Below, one piece after another: positions 9,311 to 22,453 of a stretch of DNA of 64,000 bases. The stretch spans positions 55,490,001 through 55,554,000 of the forward strand of contig OX597819.1 in assembly GCA_951406725.2 (NCBI GenBank), in the 5' to 3' direction. A program made the position numbers and the translations under genes. This stretch comes from Octopus vulgaris (Eukaryota). The notes beneath the pieces are model-generated. The model saw only the letters and a list, made by a program, of their open reading frames with translations, searched no databases and was not told where the DNA came from. The stretch's first letter is position 1. Each line of letters opens with the position of its first letter.

Positions 9311-11997
9311 GTTGACTGAATTAATTATTTTAATTTTAAGAAGAGTGACGAACCATAAACGAATATACAAACAAAACAAAAAAACATTCATATTTGATTG
9401 CCTATTATTTTAGTATTCCACCACAGTTTATCATAAATTTTTTTTTTGTTTTTGTTTTTTAAACCATTCCCATTGTTGTATCAATATATTTGGAACTCAT
9501 TTGTTTTTATATACAGATATTGATATATTTCTCTCAATGATTATCTTTCCAACATTTACACATGTATTTTCATATTCCACATGTACTTTCTCTTCCTCTT
9601 CCTTCTTTCAGAAGTTATTAGTCAAGTTACCCAATTTACACATATTGTTTATTTCCTCATCCTATTTAATCCCGAGCCATTAAGACCAGCTAAAGTTCAA
9701 AATCTGTTCATCATTTGTCACACTCACTCACCAACAGGGTATGAGACGTTTTGGCACAGCTGTTTTGGCATCTCTGGTTCCATGCTGACTTACTTGACAT
9801 TGGCTGTTTTAATGTTTCTCTCCTTTTGATTTTACTCTCACCTCCCCTCTCTCTCTGTAAATGTATTGAAGAGAGGGGGGAGTGCTTAAGTCACTTGCAT
9901 TCAATTAATGAATTCTTCTCTCTCTCTATATATATATATATATATTTTATAATTCTGTACATGTGTGTGTGCATGTATGTTTACCTCCAGCACCATAAAG
10001 TACCATCAGCAAAGCAGACTGAATGTCCAGTCAGCTGTGTCAAACTATCAGCGCCCAAGCAGCTGCACCCAATCGTCTCACTCCATCTCCAACACCTATT
10101 TGTTATGCATCACCAAAATTAGCATTATTCAAACAGCCGACACTTCATTAATGTCGCAATTAGTGCTCGAATCTTCATTTGGACCTTATCAACTTGGATA
10201 TATATATATATATATTCTACTTTTCTCATCACTCATCAGCAAGTTCTTAATTTTTTTTTTTCCTCCTTCATTCAAACAATTTTGAAAGAAGAATCTTCTC
10301 TGTCTTCTAATCTTTTTAAAATTTTATTCTTTCTTAAGAACTACATCGTTGATGAACCCTTACAGAAAACACTTCACCTTTCATCTGTTGTTAATATTGT
10401 ACATCTATTTATTGGTGGTTGTTTCATTTAGTATTCATTGCTGTATTTTTCATTTATTTTTTTAATGAAAGAAAAATTATATCAAACTTATGTACAGAAT
10501 AGAAGTAAACTGAAATTATTATCATTATTTTTTTTTTTTTACATTTTACTTCTGAAGAATTGTAGTAGCAATAGAAATAATGCAGATGGTAGCAGGCCAA
10601 ATGCAGAGGGTAGCAAGCCAGTACAGTACAGAGGGCAGCAGGCCTAATCAGATTCCTTCTTGTATCTTGTTCAGTGGCTCATAGTTTTTAAAACATGGAT
10701 AGCTTTTGATCCATTGATTCAATTATACTCTATCTGCTTCTGTTAATGGCCATGTGACTAGCTAAAACAAAACAAAAACAAAAATGAAAATAAGTGTAAA
10801 AAAAGAATACACTGATTTCTTTTTAACTTTCTATTCTTTGATTGTTTAACAAAAACAAAAAAAATTATCTTGCACAAGTGTGATAAATAGGACCAATTGC
10901 TTAACTTTTCCTGATCAGATATATTTCTTAATCCCTGTTGATTTCAGGGGAGATAAGGAAGGATGGACAAAAAACAGCTTCTTGCCATCTGGGACAGGAG
11001 GATTTCAAGTCTACATTTGCAAGCAATTGAAACCTCTATCAACTTATTGCTGCTGCTTATAATGAAATGTACCACCTCGTGGAGTCTATTTATGAATAGG
11101 AGGGTCATTGATACCTGAGACTCGACTATGAAAACCTTCAGCTTTCCACTGAAAATCCACTGAAACTTTTAGATACCTGGAGTTGTAAACCTTTCTTCTT
11201 AAAGGTCAGAAAGGCTGTGAGCTGGCAGAATTGTTAATATCAGAAAAAATGCTTTGTGGCATTCATTCCTGTTCTTAACATTCTGAGTTCAAATCCTGCC
11301 ATGGTCAACTTTGCCTTTCATTCCTATAAGGTACCAGTCAAGTACTGGGGTTAATGTTATTGACTAATTCCCCCCTTCCCCTGAAAATTGCTGGCCTTGT
11401 GCCAAAAATTAGAATTCTTTCTTAAATGTCAGAAGTCTGAAACTTTAAAATTTTATCACTTACAAATTAATATTTTCACTTTAAGAATTACCATTATCAA
11501 TCATATTAATTAAAAGCATCATCAACATTTTTCTTTAACCAAAGTTCAAACTTTGGGAGAGATTAACCACTTTGATACTGTCTATCAATTCAAAAACTGA
11601 TTTACTATTAGTTTCAGTTTACACAAAAAAAAAAAGAAAAAAGCAAATGAAGTCTCTATTACCAATTTGAATTAAATATTTTGCTTAATTAATAAAAACA
11701 AAATCTTTCCAATAATCATTTGTTTATTCTTCAAAAGTGATTTTTAAAGTTTTTTTAATGTATTCTTTTCAGGTTTATTTCAAACAAAACTTGAATTTCA
11801 TTCAGTTTCAAGATTTGTTTGTTATCATTATACTGGAGCAGGTGTAGCTGTGTGGTGAGAACTTTGGTTCCCAGTCACAGGGTTTTGGGTTGGGTTCAGT
11901 CCCACTGTACAATAACCCAAGCAAGTGCCTTCTACTACACACACACACACATATATATATATATACATACATATATATATGTGTGTGTGTGTGTGTA

Positions 11998-12430
11998 TAA
12001 TGGAGTGTTAAAAAGTTCCTGGCTTAAAGGTATCACAAAAGCCTAGTTGGAGGCTCAATCTTCCAATTTCTTTTATAGGGTTTAGGAAAATTTAAGGACT
12101 GCTGCAATAAGTGTATAAATCTGTGAGAGAAATATGTAGAAAAAAATCATAATTAACCCCTTGCGGACGGGGAAACGGTACTGACCACATCAAAACACTG
12201 TGTGAGCAATGCAATGTCTCGTTCTGTGTGGCACTGTTTTCAAATATACCACACTAAGAAAAATCTGTAAATACACTGTAAAATTACTTGTATGAAAAGT
12301 TATGTAGTTACTGAATATCCTAATACTAGTATATAGCACAGTGTCAGTACTAAATCCGTCTGCAAGGGGTTAACTAAACTTCCTGTATTTTCTTGTACCC
12401 AAAGCCAGGAACGTTTCAGTACCCACTCAT
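11998..12430. mobile_element. Degenerate mariner-derived MITE hosting a piggyBac insertion
   Basis: Imperfect TIRs (AAAAGTTCCTGGCTT near 12011; AAGCCAGGAACGTTT near 12402). Internal remnant C-N-K-C-I-N-L-*-E-K-Y-V-E resembles a mariner transposase C-terminus. Confidence 0.6.
12157..12369 (+). mobile_element. Internally deleted piggyBac element, 213 bp
   Basis: TTAA TSDs (12153-12156, 12370-12373), TIRs CCCCTTGCGGACGG / CCGTCTGCAAGGGG. Retains the transposase Cys-rich tail KTLCEQCNVSFCV/HCFQIYHTKKNL* with one frameshift. Confidence 0.88.
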
Positions 12431-13277
12431 GTATGTGTGTGTGTATATGAGGCAATGACCGAGATCCATCAAGCTGAGCCAAATCACAGTCATGGCAGAT
12501 ACTGGTGGCACATAAAAGCACTCGTTACACTCTTGGAGTGGTTGCCATTAGGAAGGGCATCCAGCCATAGAAAACCATGCCAAATCAGACTGGAGTCTGG
12601 TGCAGCTTACCAGCCCCAATCAAGCCATATCAGCATGGACAACGGACACTAAATGACGACAATGATATATTTGTCACAAAAAGGCGTTGAACTGGCAGAA
12701 ATGTTAGCATGCCAGGCGAAATGCTTAGCAGTATTTCATCTGCCTCAAATCCTCAACTAAAACCAGACTAGCATGAAAAAGCAAAAAGTAAAATATATAT
12801 GTATTTGTGCAAATAATGAACATTTTTAATTCAAACATTGTATTCAACACACAACTGTGTTCAAATTTGAACTTTTTTATCAAGGATTTTTCATATTTCC
12901 TTATTAGTTGCTTTATATTTAATTTCAAGAGATAGCTTTCCTGAATCCTTTGGTCCATTAACATTTTAAATCTTGCTCTGCTCATCATCAGAACAAAGTG
13001 ATGGTAATAATGGTGTGTCATTCACAAGTTTTGGAATAGGTTGCAAAGAAGCATTGCAATACTATTTAAAATAATAAAAGCTCACAATTTTAACTTAGAA
13101 TGAGGTGTGGTTGTGTAATTAAGAAGTTTACTTCACAACTTAGTGCTTTGAGATTGTCCCACTGCATGTGTCTTCTTCGGTAAGTGTCCACAATGTCCTC
13201 ACGCAATCAATGCTTTTGTGATTGAGTTTGATAGATGGAAACTGCACAAAGCCATTTGTATGTGTTTCTCTTTCTCC

Positions 13278-13430
13278 AGGGGTGGACCGAAGGTGGGGGG
13301 CCTGATGGGGTATGGTCACCCCTCAAGAAAAGTCCATCCTTCTAAATAATGTTATTGTGCCCTTTTCTCCTGGAATTGTATGCCCTTCTGAACTTGTGCC
13401 CTCCCTTCGAAGAATTCCTGGGACCGGCCC
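13278..13430. mobile_element. Short GC-rich-TIR MITE (Harbinger-like ends)
   Basis: Imperfect inverted ends AGGGGTGGACC and GGACCGGCCCT around a GC-richer 150-bp block. Confidence 0.4.
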
Positions 13431-15757
13431 TACTTTCTCTCTCACATTTATATGAGAGAGAGATCGGTATAATCTGCACAGATGAAAAAAAGAAAGTCAC
13501 GGTGAGATCAACAAACATCTTTGGTAGCCGACTTCCCCGTCAGAAAACTGGCTGATGATTCTATGCTTTCAAGAATGAGTGGAAAACAGTTATTAGGGGC
13601 ACTAGCGATAGCAGGCTGTAAAAAAAAAAAAAAATATTTCGATGTCTTCTGGTAACCCGTGCTAGCACAAAAAAAAAAAGGACGTAAAAGGAGCGAATGA
13701 AATGAAAACATCCTTTAGATCCAGTTCAGCTCTGATCGAGCAGATGTATAACTAAAATGTTCTAACCGTGACCATCTCGCCTTTTTGTATATCAGGGTCG
13801 ATATTGTCTAATAACACATTGCGACAAAATACAAAGTAGACCTTTTCTTTTTGGGAAGTAAAAAAAAGGGGGCGAATTCCGATCAAAAGTGATCGTGAAA
13901 AGAAGGGAAAAAAGATAGACAGATGTATATATGTAACGGTGGCAAGAAATTTGACTATTTCTATCGTCAAACGTAGGTTCATTTAAAAAAAAAAGAAAAA
14001 AAAAATGAACGAATTCAAGGGAAGTAACTGAATTTTATAATTTCTTATTTAGTGTTGTGTCCCTTGTTAACTCAGTAAAATATTTCTAAACTAAACACCG
14101 TATAAGTCTGTAAAGCTCAATAATTCTTATTAATAAAAAATAAGGGAATTTGACCATTGAAATTTCGGAACTTTAAAAGAGGATGATTAACTTTTTAACA
14201 TTTAATTAGACCCAAATATTCTACCTGTTTTATGTTAATACTGGCTAGATCTAGCCTCTCACACCCACCCTACAACATCATTCTAAAAAGTAAGGGAATC
14301 AAACCATTGAAATTTCAAAGTTATTTGATAATGCATGATTAATTTAAAACAATGTGAGTAAATAAGCAAGACATTTGATAGAATAGTCTGAATACTAAAG
14401 GGTTACCTAATTGTTCATATTATTTTTTTTTTTTTTTTTTTTTTCATATTCTTGTTTGCATTTCATTTAATGATTATCTACTTGCAGATAGGCTGCTCAG
14501 AGGAACATTTATTTTTTAAATGAGCAGACTGAAGATAATATTGTGGGTGAGGTGTCAAATCAATTTATACTTGTACTTTTTTCTAAAAATACAAAAAAAA
14601 AAAAGCAACAAAATAGGAGTTATTTAAATATACGTATAATTTTATTAAAATTTTTGTAAATAGTTGTAAAATAATTTTTAGGTTTTGCTTTATTAGAATT
14701 AAACATTACAAAAATCTGGACAAGTATTTAGTATACACTGTCACAATCGTCTGCACATGAAGCAACAGCTACTCAATAAAACAGCTTCCGTCACGTACCA
14801 AACTTTACAAATAAAATTTATATCATTCATGCGTACCTTTATGCAGTCACTTGATCAAATATTCAACTCGCATCCTACCACCATTAAAAAAAAATGCAAG
14901 GATACATTCACCAAATGCAGTCCTTGTTATACAATAAATAAGTTGGATGTTCATGGTTGGAATGCTTTTGATGTCAATTATAGCCAATATGGTGCTAATC
15001 AACAATGCAGTTGAATTCCAAGTTTACCATTGCTGCTCTTCGAAAAACCACCTCTCAAGTATACTGCATAAACATTTAGTAATGGAACCAAATATGCTAT
15101 GATTATAATAGTTAGTTTAAATTTATAATCAAAGTTGAAGGTTCTTCATTTCAAATTACCACAGAGTCTCATTTCTATATTTGCCATCCATTGGCATATT
15201 TACATCAACTGATTAGTAAAATTTGATTTCAAACAATCGCACAGCCACAAATTTTCTGGGATGGATACAGTTGATTATATTGACCTCAATATCTCATTGG
15301 TATTTATTTTACAAACACAAAAAGACCAGACAATAATATCGTTGGCAGCAGGGTTTGAGCTCAAAACTAGATACTCCGCATTGTTTTGTCTGATATTCAA
15401 CCAATCCTTTGCACTTGTTTGACCACAAATATCGAAATATTTTAATTAATATCTTATTTCCTATCATTTAGAAAAAATTTTCTAACACATATCCCTACAT
15501 CTATCATGCTTCTTTGTAAGATATAGTTTAGCTATCTCTCACAGGTGTTTCAATAAGCCTTATACATGGAATGCAGGTACAGGTACAAATGTGTGGTTCA
15601 AAAGTTTGCTTTACAACTACATTTGTCTGGGTTTGATCCCACTGGGGGCAACACTTTGGGAAAATGACTTCTACCAAAGTATCTAGTTGATCAATGTCTT
15701 GAAATTAAAAACTATGCAAAAGCATAGTTTATCATTGAGTATGTTGCAAACATGCAC

Positions 15758-15787
<30 letters not shown>

Positions 15788-15790
<3 letters not shown>

Positions 15791-16970
15791 GGTCATCCCA
15801 TAAAAAATGCGTTTTTTTTATACTTTTATTTTTCTAAATTAAGATAAACAAAGTTTCTTTTAAATCTAAAATATACTCTCCTTCATTTTCCACAATGCTC
15901 TTCCATTTATCTGGTAGACTTGCATGGCCCCTCTTCCAAAATTCACTTGTCTGTAATGAAAAATACTCTTCCAGTACTGTCCTGACCTCATCTACAGAAT
16001 AAATTATAATCAGATGGGGCAATGTTTGGCAAATATGGTGGGTGAGGCATCATTTCCCATTCAAACTGCTCCATCCTTTGGAATGTCATCCTCACTGTAT
16101 GTGGCCAAGCATTATCCTGATGGTAGAACACCTTTTGTCTTGAAACCAAAGATGGTTGTTTTTCTTCTAGCGCTGACTTAAGCCACTTGCAGTAGATCTT
16201 TGTTATCACTTGGTTTGGGTTTAAAAGTTCAAAGTGGGCTAAACTTTTCATATCCTACCAAACAAATAATAACACCTTACATGGGTGAAGACCTTCTTTA
16301 GCTTGGGGTGTTCCAGTCTTCAGCACTTGACAATTTTCATAGAGAACTCATTTCTTGTCACCAGTCCCTATTTGGTTCAAAAATGGTTTATTCGTGAGGC
16401 ATGACAGCAAAGAAGAGCACACATTCCCTTTCTGTGCATAATTAGACTCAGAAAGTTTGTGAGGAACCCATTGACCCAATTTGCTGACTTTTCTGATGGC
16501 ATGCAGGTGTTGATGAATGGTTGAATGACCAAATCAAAGTTTCTCTGCTAGTTCCTCAACAGTTGTTATGTGATTTTATGCCACCAGGCTTTGCAGGACC
16601 TCCTTGTCGAGCTCTACAGATCTTCCAGGATGAGGCTTGTTTTCTAGGCTGTAGTTTCCGGCTTGGAATTCCTGGAATTACCATTGACACTGGCTTACAC
16701 TGATTGTCCGATCCCCATATACTGCAATAATATTCCTTGCATTGTTGCCTTTATTGAACTCATAAAGCAAAATATACTCCTTTGTCACTTCCATTATAGC
16801 TTTGACAAATAACTTAAAATCGAACTGCACTCTTCAAAACTTGCACTAAGAATAAGTATAAGGTAAAATTACTACCAGCTTTTATAGCAAGTTGGTGCAG
16901 GTAGTTTTTCCTGTCCACCTCCGGCTTTTAGTTCATGCAATTGAAAAAACTGCATTATTAATAGGATCAT
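15788..16970 (-). mobile_element. Mariner transposon relic (pseudogenised transposase), family 1 copy 1
   Basis: Left TIR TTGGGTCATCCCATAAAAAATGCG after a (TA)n tract. Fragments HQDNAWPHT, HPPYLPNIAPSDYNLF and WKSIVENEGEYILD (ORFs 15988..16251, 15834..16022), with frameshifts. Confidence 0.93.
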
Positions 16971-17942
16971 ATATATATATATGTGGAGGTGCAATGGCCC
17001 AGTGGTTAGGGCAGCAGACTCGTGGTTGTAGGATCGTGGTTTTTCAATTCCCAGACCAAGGCTCCGGCAGGGGTTGGTGGCAATCCCTGCTGTACTCTTT
17101 CGCCACAACTTCCTCTCACTCTTTCTTCTGTTGGCCTGCTTGCTTAGCCAGCAGGGTAGCGTCATTTGAAGGCTAAAACAATGTGAAGCACATTGTGACC
17201 AGCGATGTGTAGCAACATCTGATAGCCTGGTCGGTCACGGTGATATATAAAACATGTATGTATAGTATGAAGGCATGTGGCTTAGTGGTTAGGGCATTCA
17301 GCATACGATCCTTAGGTCGTGAGTTTGATTCTTGGTTGTGCATTGTGTTCTTGAGCAAGACACTTTGTTTCTCATTGCTCCAGTCCACTCAGCTGACAAA
17401 AACGAGTTGTACCTGTAATTTCAAAAGGCCAGCTTTGTCACATTGTGTGTCACGCTGAATCTCTCCGAGAACTATGTTGAGGTTACATGTGTCTGGAGTA
17501 TTCAGCCACTTTCACATTAATTTCATGAGCAGGCTGTATTTTTTTGATCAGATCAACAGGAACCTTCATTGTCATAACCGACAGAGTGTCAGTATGTATA
17601 GCAGTGACACTTATACATAATGGAGAAAAAAAAAAACAAAAAAAACAATAAGATATGTCAACCAAAAATAATTTATGGTATACATTCTGTCTATCAGATT
17701 CTCTTGACACTTTCACCATTATAAATGCAACAAACCATTGACTGACTCGTTAGAAAATTACAACCATTAAAACTGTTGTGCATATAAAAATAAAAACGTA
17801 GTTTTTGATACAATTAACTTGTCTTTATTCTGGTTTCATTTAGCTCAAGAGATGATTTTATTTTTTCTTTGGCTTCAAAAGGAAAGGGAACTAGATAACC
17901 TTTCTACTGTCATCCACTCCAATGTGAAGTAGGAATGGAACC

Positions 17943-17994
<52 letters not shown>

Positions 17995-17995
<1 letters not shown>

Positions 17996-18389
17996 GAGCA
18001 AAACACCCCCACCCCCCGTCCATGGACGGTGCTGAGTTGTCAAACATTTAAACCAAATTTTCTCAAAACAACTTGTCCGACCGTCCCATAGGCCTCCCCT
18101 TTGAAAACACTGATTTAACCTAAATTTGAGACACCAGCAAAAGAAGAAATAAAGATAGACTTTTTTTCTATTCCAAGAAAAACGATTTTACACATGTACA
18201 TTCCCACGGCTTTATCGATTGCATTCTCATCCGGAATCGATTTTTGTAATTTTTTCAAGACTTATACATGCCCTGATACCGTCGGTATCTACATATCAAA
18301 TTTGAGTGCAATCGGATGGAGGATGCCCAAGATCCTAGAAGGCACACACACACACACACACACACACAGAACGGATTTTATATGATAGA
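17995..18389 (-). mobile_element. Non-autonomous Helitron-like element, copy 1
   Basis: On -: A|TCTATCATATAAAATCC start, (TG)n tract, subterminal palindrome CCGTCCATGGACGG, and end GTTTTGCTCG|T inside (AT)n. No TSD. Confidence 0.7.
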
Positions 18390-18842
18390 TATATACACGT
18401 GTGTGTGTGTGTGTAGAAATGTGGCCCAGTGGTTGAGTGTGTTACACTCAGGATCATGAGGTCATGGTTTTGATTCCCAAGTTGGCTGCACATTGTGTTC
18501 TGAGCAAAACACTTCATTTCATGTTGCTCCAGTCCACTCAGCTGTAAATGGGTAACCATGTGACAGAAACACCTTTTGATCAGGGGGAAAGTTGGCCTGC
18601 TCACCACTGTTATTGTTGGGTACAGGATATTCGGGATATTAAGATAGTAAGATAGTAAGATGTAATTTGCCTTTTACTAGAATTGTTCTTAATATTTCAA
18701 ATATAGCATTGTGTAGATTTCCTTTCTTGGCTCGATTTTATTCAAAAGATTTGATTATTGAAGCATTTGAAAACTAAAAGGATGCAAAGTGCATTGTGAC
18801 CAGCACGGTATAACAAATCTGATAGTCTGGTCAATCACATAG

Positions 18843-19230
18843 TTATATATATATCATCATCATGTATATATATATCATGATATATATATCTTATACATAA
18901 TTATCATGTATATATATCTCATGATATATATATCTTATACATAATTATCATGTATATATATCTCATGATATATATATATTATATGTATATATCATGTATA
19001 TATATCTCATATATATATATCTTATACATATATATATAATGATATATATATATATATATATATATATATCATATATATATATATATCATAATATATATAT
19101 AATGATATATATATATATATATATATATATGAGATAATTATCACGTATATATGTATATATATATATATATATATATAGATAATATATCATCATGTATATA
19201 TATATATATATATATATATTATAGATAATT

Positions 19231-19272
<42 letters not shown>

Positions 19273-19273
19273 A

Positions 19274-19319
<46 letters not shown>

Positions 19320-19327
19320 TAATTATC

Positions 19328-19372
<45 letters not shown>

Positions 19373-19383
19373 ATAATTATCAC

Positions 19384-19420
<37 letters not shown>

Positions 19421-19431
19421 ATAATCATCAC

Positions 19432-19470
<39 letters not shown>
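18843..19470. repeat. Compound (TA)n microsatellite/minisatellite with periodic GATAATTATCATG-type interruptions
   Basis: Directly visible: units such as TCTTATACATAATTATCATG and TAGATAATTATCA(T/C)G separated by (TA)n. Confidence 0.95.
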
Positions 19471-19473
<3 letters not shown>

Positions 19474-19704
19474 CAATAAAAATGGTAAATAATTTTCCTG
19501 TGGTTTATCATGTAACCAACAATTATTTAACGGTAAGTGATTGAATTCGTATATTTGCCACTCCGGTTTTGTGTATGTGAGCCGTAAGGGCCTTCGTTTT
19601 TGGATTCTCCACTTATAGAAATTGGAAAAACGGTCTTTGACTGCCATTTCTAATTCCTTCGGTATGAGGTGAAACAGCCTGCTGTTAGCCTTCTTATTTT
19701 TCTT

Positions 19705-19745
<41 letters not shown>

Positions 19746-20380
19746 TATAGATATCTTATACATAATCATCATATATATATACACATTGGCCAAACAAGTT
19801 TGGGATTTTATACTGACTTGCAAAATCCACACAAACAAATTAGAGAGAAGTATGAACATTTACTCTATGTTGGTGAAGCAGCATCCTTGATCTGAGTCAG
19901 TCCACTCAGATTAGCAAGGAGGATGCATGTGATATTCAGAAGTCTGGTTTTTTTTTTCTTTTTCTTTTCTTTGACAGCCAGGTGAGAAAGCAGTGGCCAT
20001 GACCTTTACGAGGCAAGAAGTTATCTTGACTGCGACTAAGAAATGATAATTAATGGCCGTTCTAATTAATGATGCAAACAATGCAGATATTCTTTTCTAC
20101 TCTAGGCACAAGGCCCAAATTTTTGGGGAGGGGGCCAGTCAATTAGATTGACACCAGTATGCAACTGGTACTTGATTTATCGACCCTTAAAGGATGAAAG
20201 GCAAAGTTGACCTCGGTGGAATTTGAACTTAGAATGTAAAGGCAGACAAAATACCGCTAAGCATTTTGCCTGGCATGCTAGTGTTTCTGCCAGCTCACCA
20301 CCTTAAACAATCCAGATATTCTTTACATATTAAAATATGTGACGCATAAGAAACAGGTATTCATTGATGACTTAAAATTT

Positions 20381-20417
<37 letters not shown>

Positions 20418-20490
20418 TATAAAACCAGCAGTTTATAACAGATATCATTAAGAAGATAAGAGATTAAATATATATTAAAAATATCAATGG

Positions 20491-21050
20491 TCAAACATCT
20501 CTAGAAAAAGTCATCTTCACTTTTTGACTAACCGTAAATACAGGATAAAGATTTTCAGCAGTTGAAAGATCTTTTATAAGCTTTTTCCCTGACAAAATAT
20601 TACCCCAGCTGCTATTAGCTAATTTGTATCCAAAGACAATCAGGTTTTCATAATCAAAACGTATAAAAATTGTAATTGTTAGTGGAGGTTTTTGTAATGC
20701 CATGAGAAACTCTGAGGTTCCATTCTTGCAGAATTGGAGAGAGCCAGAGCTACAAATTATGCCAATGGACTTCTCATGAAGTCCCACTTGGTCTTTGTAA
20801 GATAAGCGTTCGGATGCTATTCCGACTCCAAATATGTAGTTTGACACAAGATCACCCATATGAGAAGAATTACATTCCAAGTTTACCGACCAAAATGCAT
20901 TACCATTTAGCGCTTCTGCAGTGAACGTTGTAGAATTAAACCCCCATGTCATTAGGCACTTATTCTGCACTCGAACACCACTTAGTTTGCTTGGGGTTGG
21001 TGATGCCTGCATCATAGGTACAATATGGTCACATTTGTTTTTATCATCAT
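20491..21050 (-). CDS. TRIM terminal exon, divergent SPRY/B30.2-like domain
   Basis: tttcag acceptor, phase 1, stop TGA at 20491-20493. Motifs GNAFWSVNL, YIFGVGIA, VGLHEKSIGI and LYPVFTV parallel SPRY G.HYWEV / W.VGV / LG....SW / LYP.F. The six exons total 1749 nt (582 aa plus stop). Confidence 0.88.
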
Positions 21051-21155
21051 CTGAAAAATGCAAAAATAATTAGAATCAGCTAATTGTATGAACGTGTGAG
21101 TATATATATGAATGAATGAATGTGTGTGTGTGTGTGACTATATGTGAATGAATGT

Positions 21156-21198
<43 letters not shown>

Positions 21199-21999
21199 TA
21201 ATGTGTATGAGTATATGTGCATGCATGCATGAGAGTGAGAGAAAATGTGAGCGTGTGCATGACTGCTTTACTGTTCTTAAAATGTAAAGAGAATTACTCA
21301 AAGAATGCTATATCCAATTACATAATATTACTTTTTCATTCTAAAATAGACTAATAGAAGACTATATATTTAAGGCTATCAGTATCGCTAAGATAGAGTA
21401 ACCATTCAGCTAATATTCACCTACAAATGCTATTAACAGAAATTCGATATAATTGTCAGCCACCATATCTTAAATAATTCAATTGAACTGAAGTAGATTT
21501 TCTTTCAAAAACAAAACTGATATCAACAGGTCTTGAAAAGTAATGCTACAATTAGCATTATTACTGCAATGCCAAACTCTTCTTTTAGATATCTTTAGCT
21601 CTTAAATTTAGAACTAAATTGTAAACTGTTAACACTTTTGAAGAGGACTGGTTCCTAGCTACATTTTGGCATAAAAAATTGAAATTTGGTCCAATAGAAA
21701 AAAGTTTACATTGAAATTTGTAACAATGTTATAGGAAATTAAGTAATGCCTCCAATCAAGTTTAGATCAATATGCATTTTAGCTTCAATGATAGAAGAAA
21801 GCATGAGGTATTTTCTAGTTTTAGTCCCATGCAACAAAAGTTTGTATCAAGAAAGTTGTGAGGTAAAATATGAAAAAAAATATAAGGCAAAAAATTAGAT
21901 TTAAGTATAATTAACTTTTATTTTAAAAACAAACTATACTTTAGTTGAGCTTAAATGATAGAGCTCAATTCGAGGAATTTCATGGCATCAGTCTCATGC

Positions 22000-22368
22000 A
22001 AAGAATTTTTAAAAGGAAAAAGTTATGAGTGTTTGTTTCCCAAATTTGAAAGTGATAATATAGTTCTATACCCTTTTTATGAATACAGTTCTATAAGGGG
22101 ACTTTTAATATATCACCGGCATCATTGAGGTAAGGAAAAAAATGATCAACGACACCACTAATTTGCAATTAATTTAATTAGGTCATCTATATTAATGCAA
22201 TTATATCATATAAAGTCCCATAATATCTGAGACAAGATAGAACTTTTTAAAGAAAAAGTTATGAGTGTTTGTTTCTCAAATTTGAGTTTAATAATATAGT
22301 TCTATACATTTTTATGAATATAGTTCTATAAGGGAACTTTTAATATATGTCACTAGTATCATTGAGAT
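22000..22368. repeat. About 130-bp direct repeat, 2 copies, inside a degenerate AT-rich element
   Basis: AAAAAGTTATGAGTGTTTGTTTC.CAAATTTGA...ATAATATAGTTCTATAC...GTTCTATAAGGG.ACTTTTAATATAT...ATCATTGAG starts near 22016 and near 22253. Confidence 0.85.
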
Positions 22369-22453
22369 AATTTTAAATAAGATAAAATCTTAAACTATTA
22401 ATTGACACATTATTAATCATCATAATAGCATAGCCTAGAAAAAATATGGATTA

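Noticed and set aside
10580-10645. About 21-bp imperfect tandem repeat x3 (CAGAGGGTAGCAGGCC) downstream of the BRD7/9 stop
   Set aside because: Short and degenerate, with no evidence of function.
19560-19700. Second hammerhead ribozyme
   Set aside because: GAAAC and a hairpin (GCCGTAAGGGC) are present, but there is no CTGANGA core in the right position.
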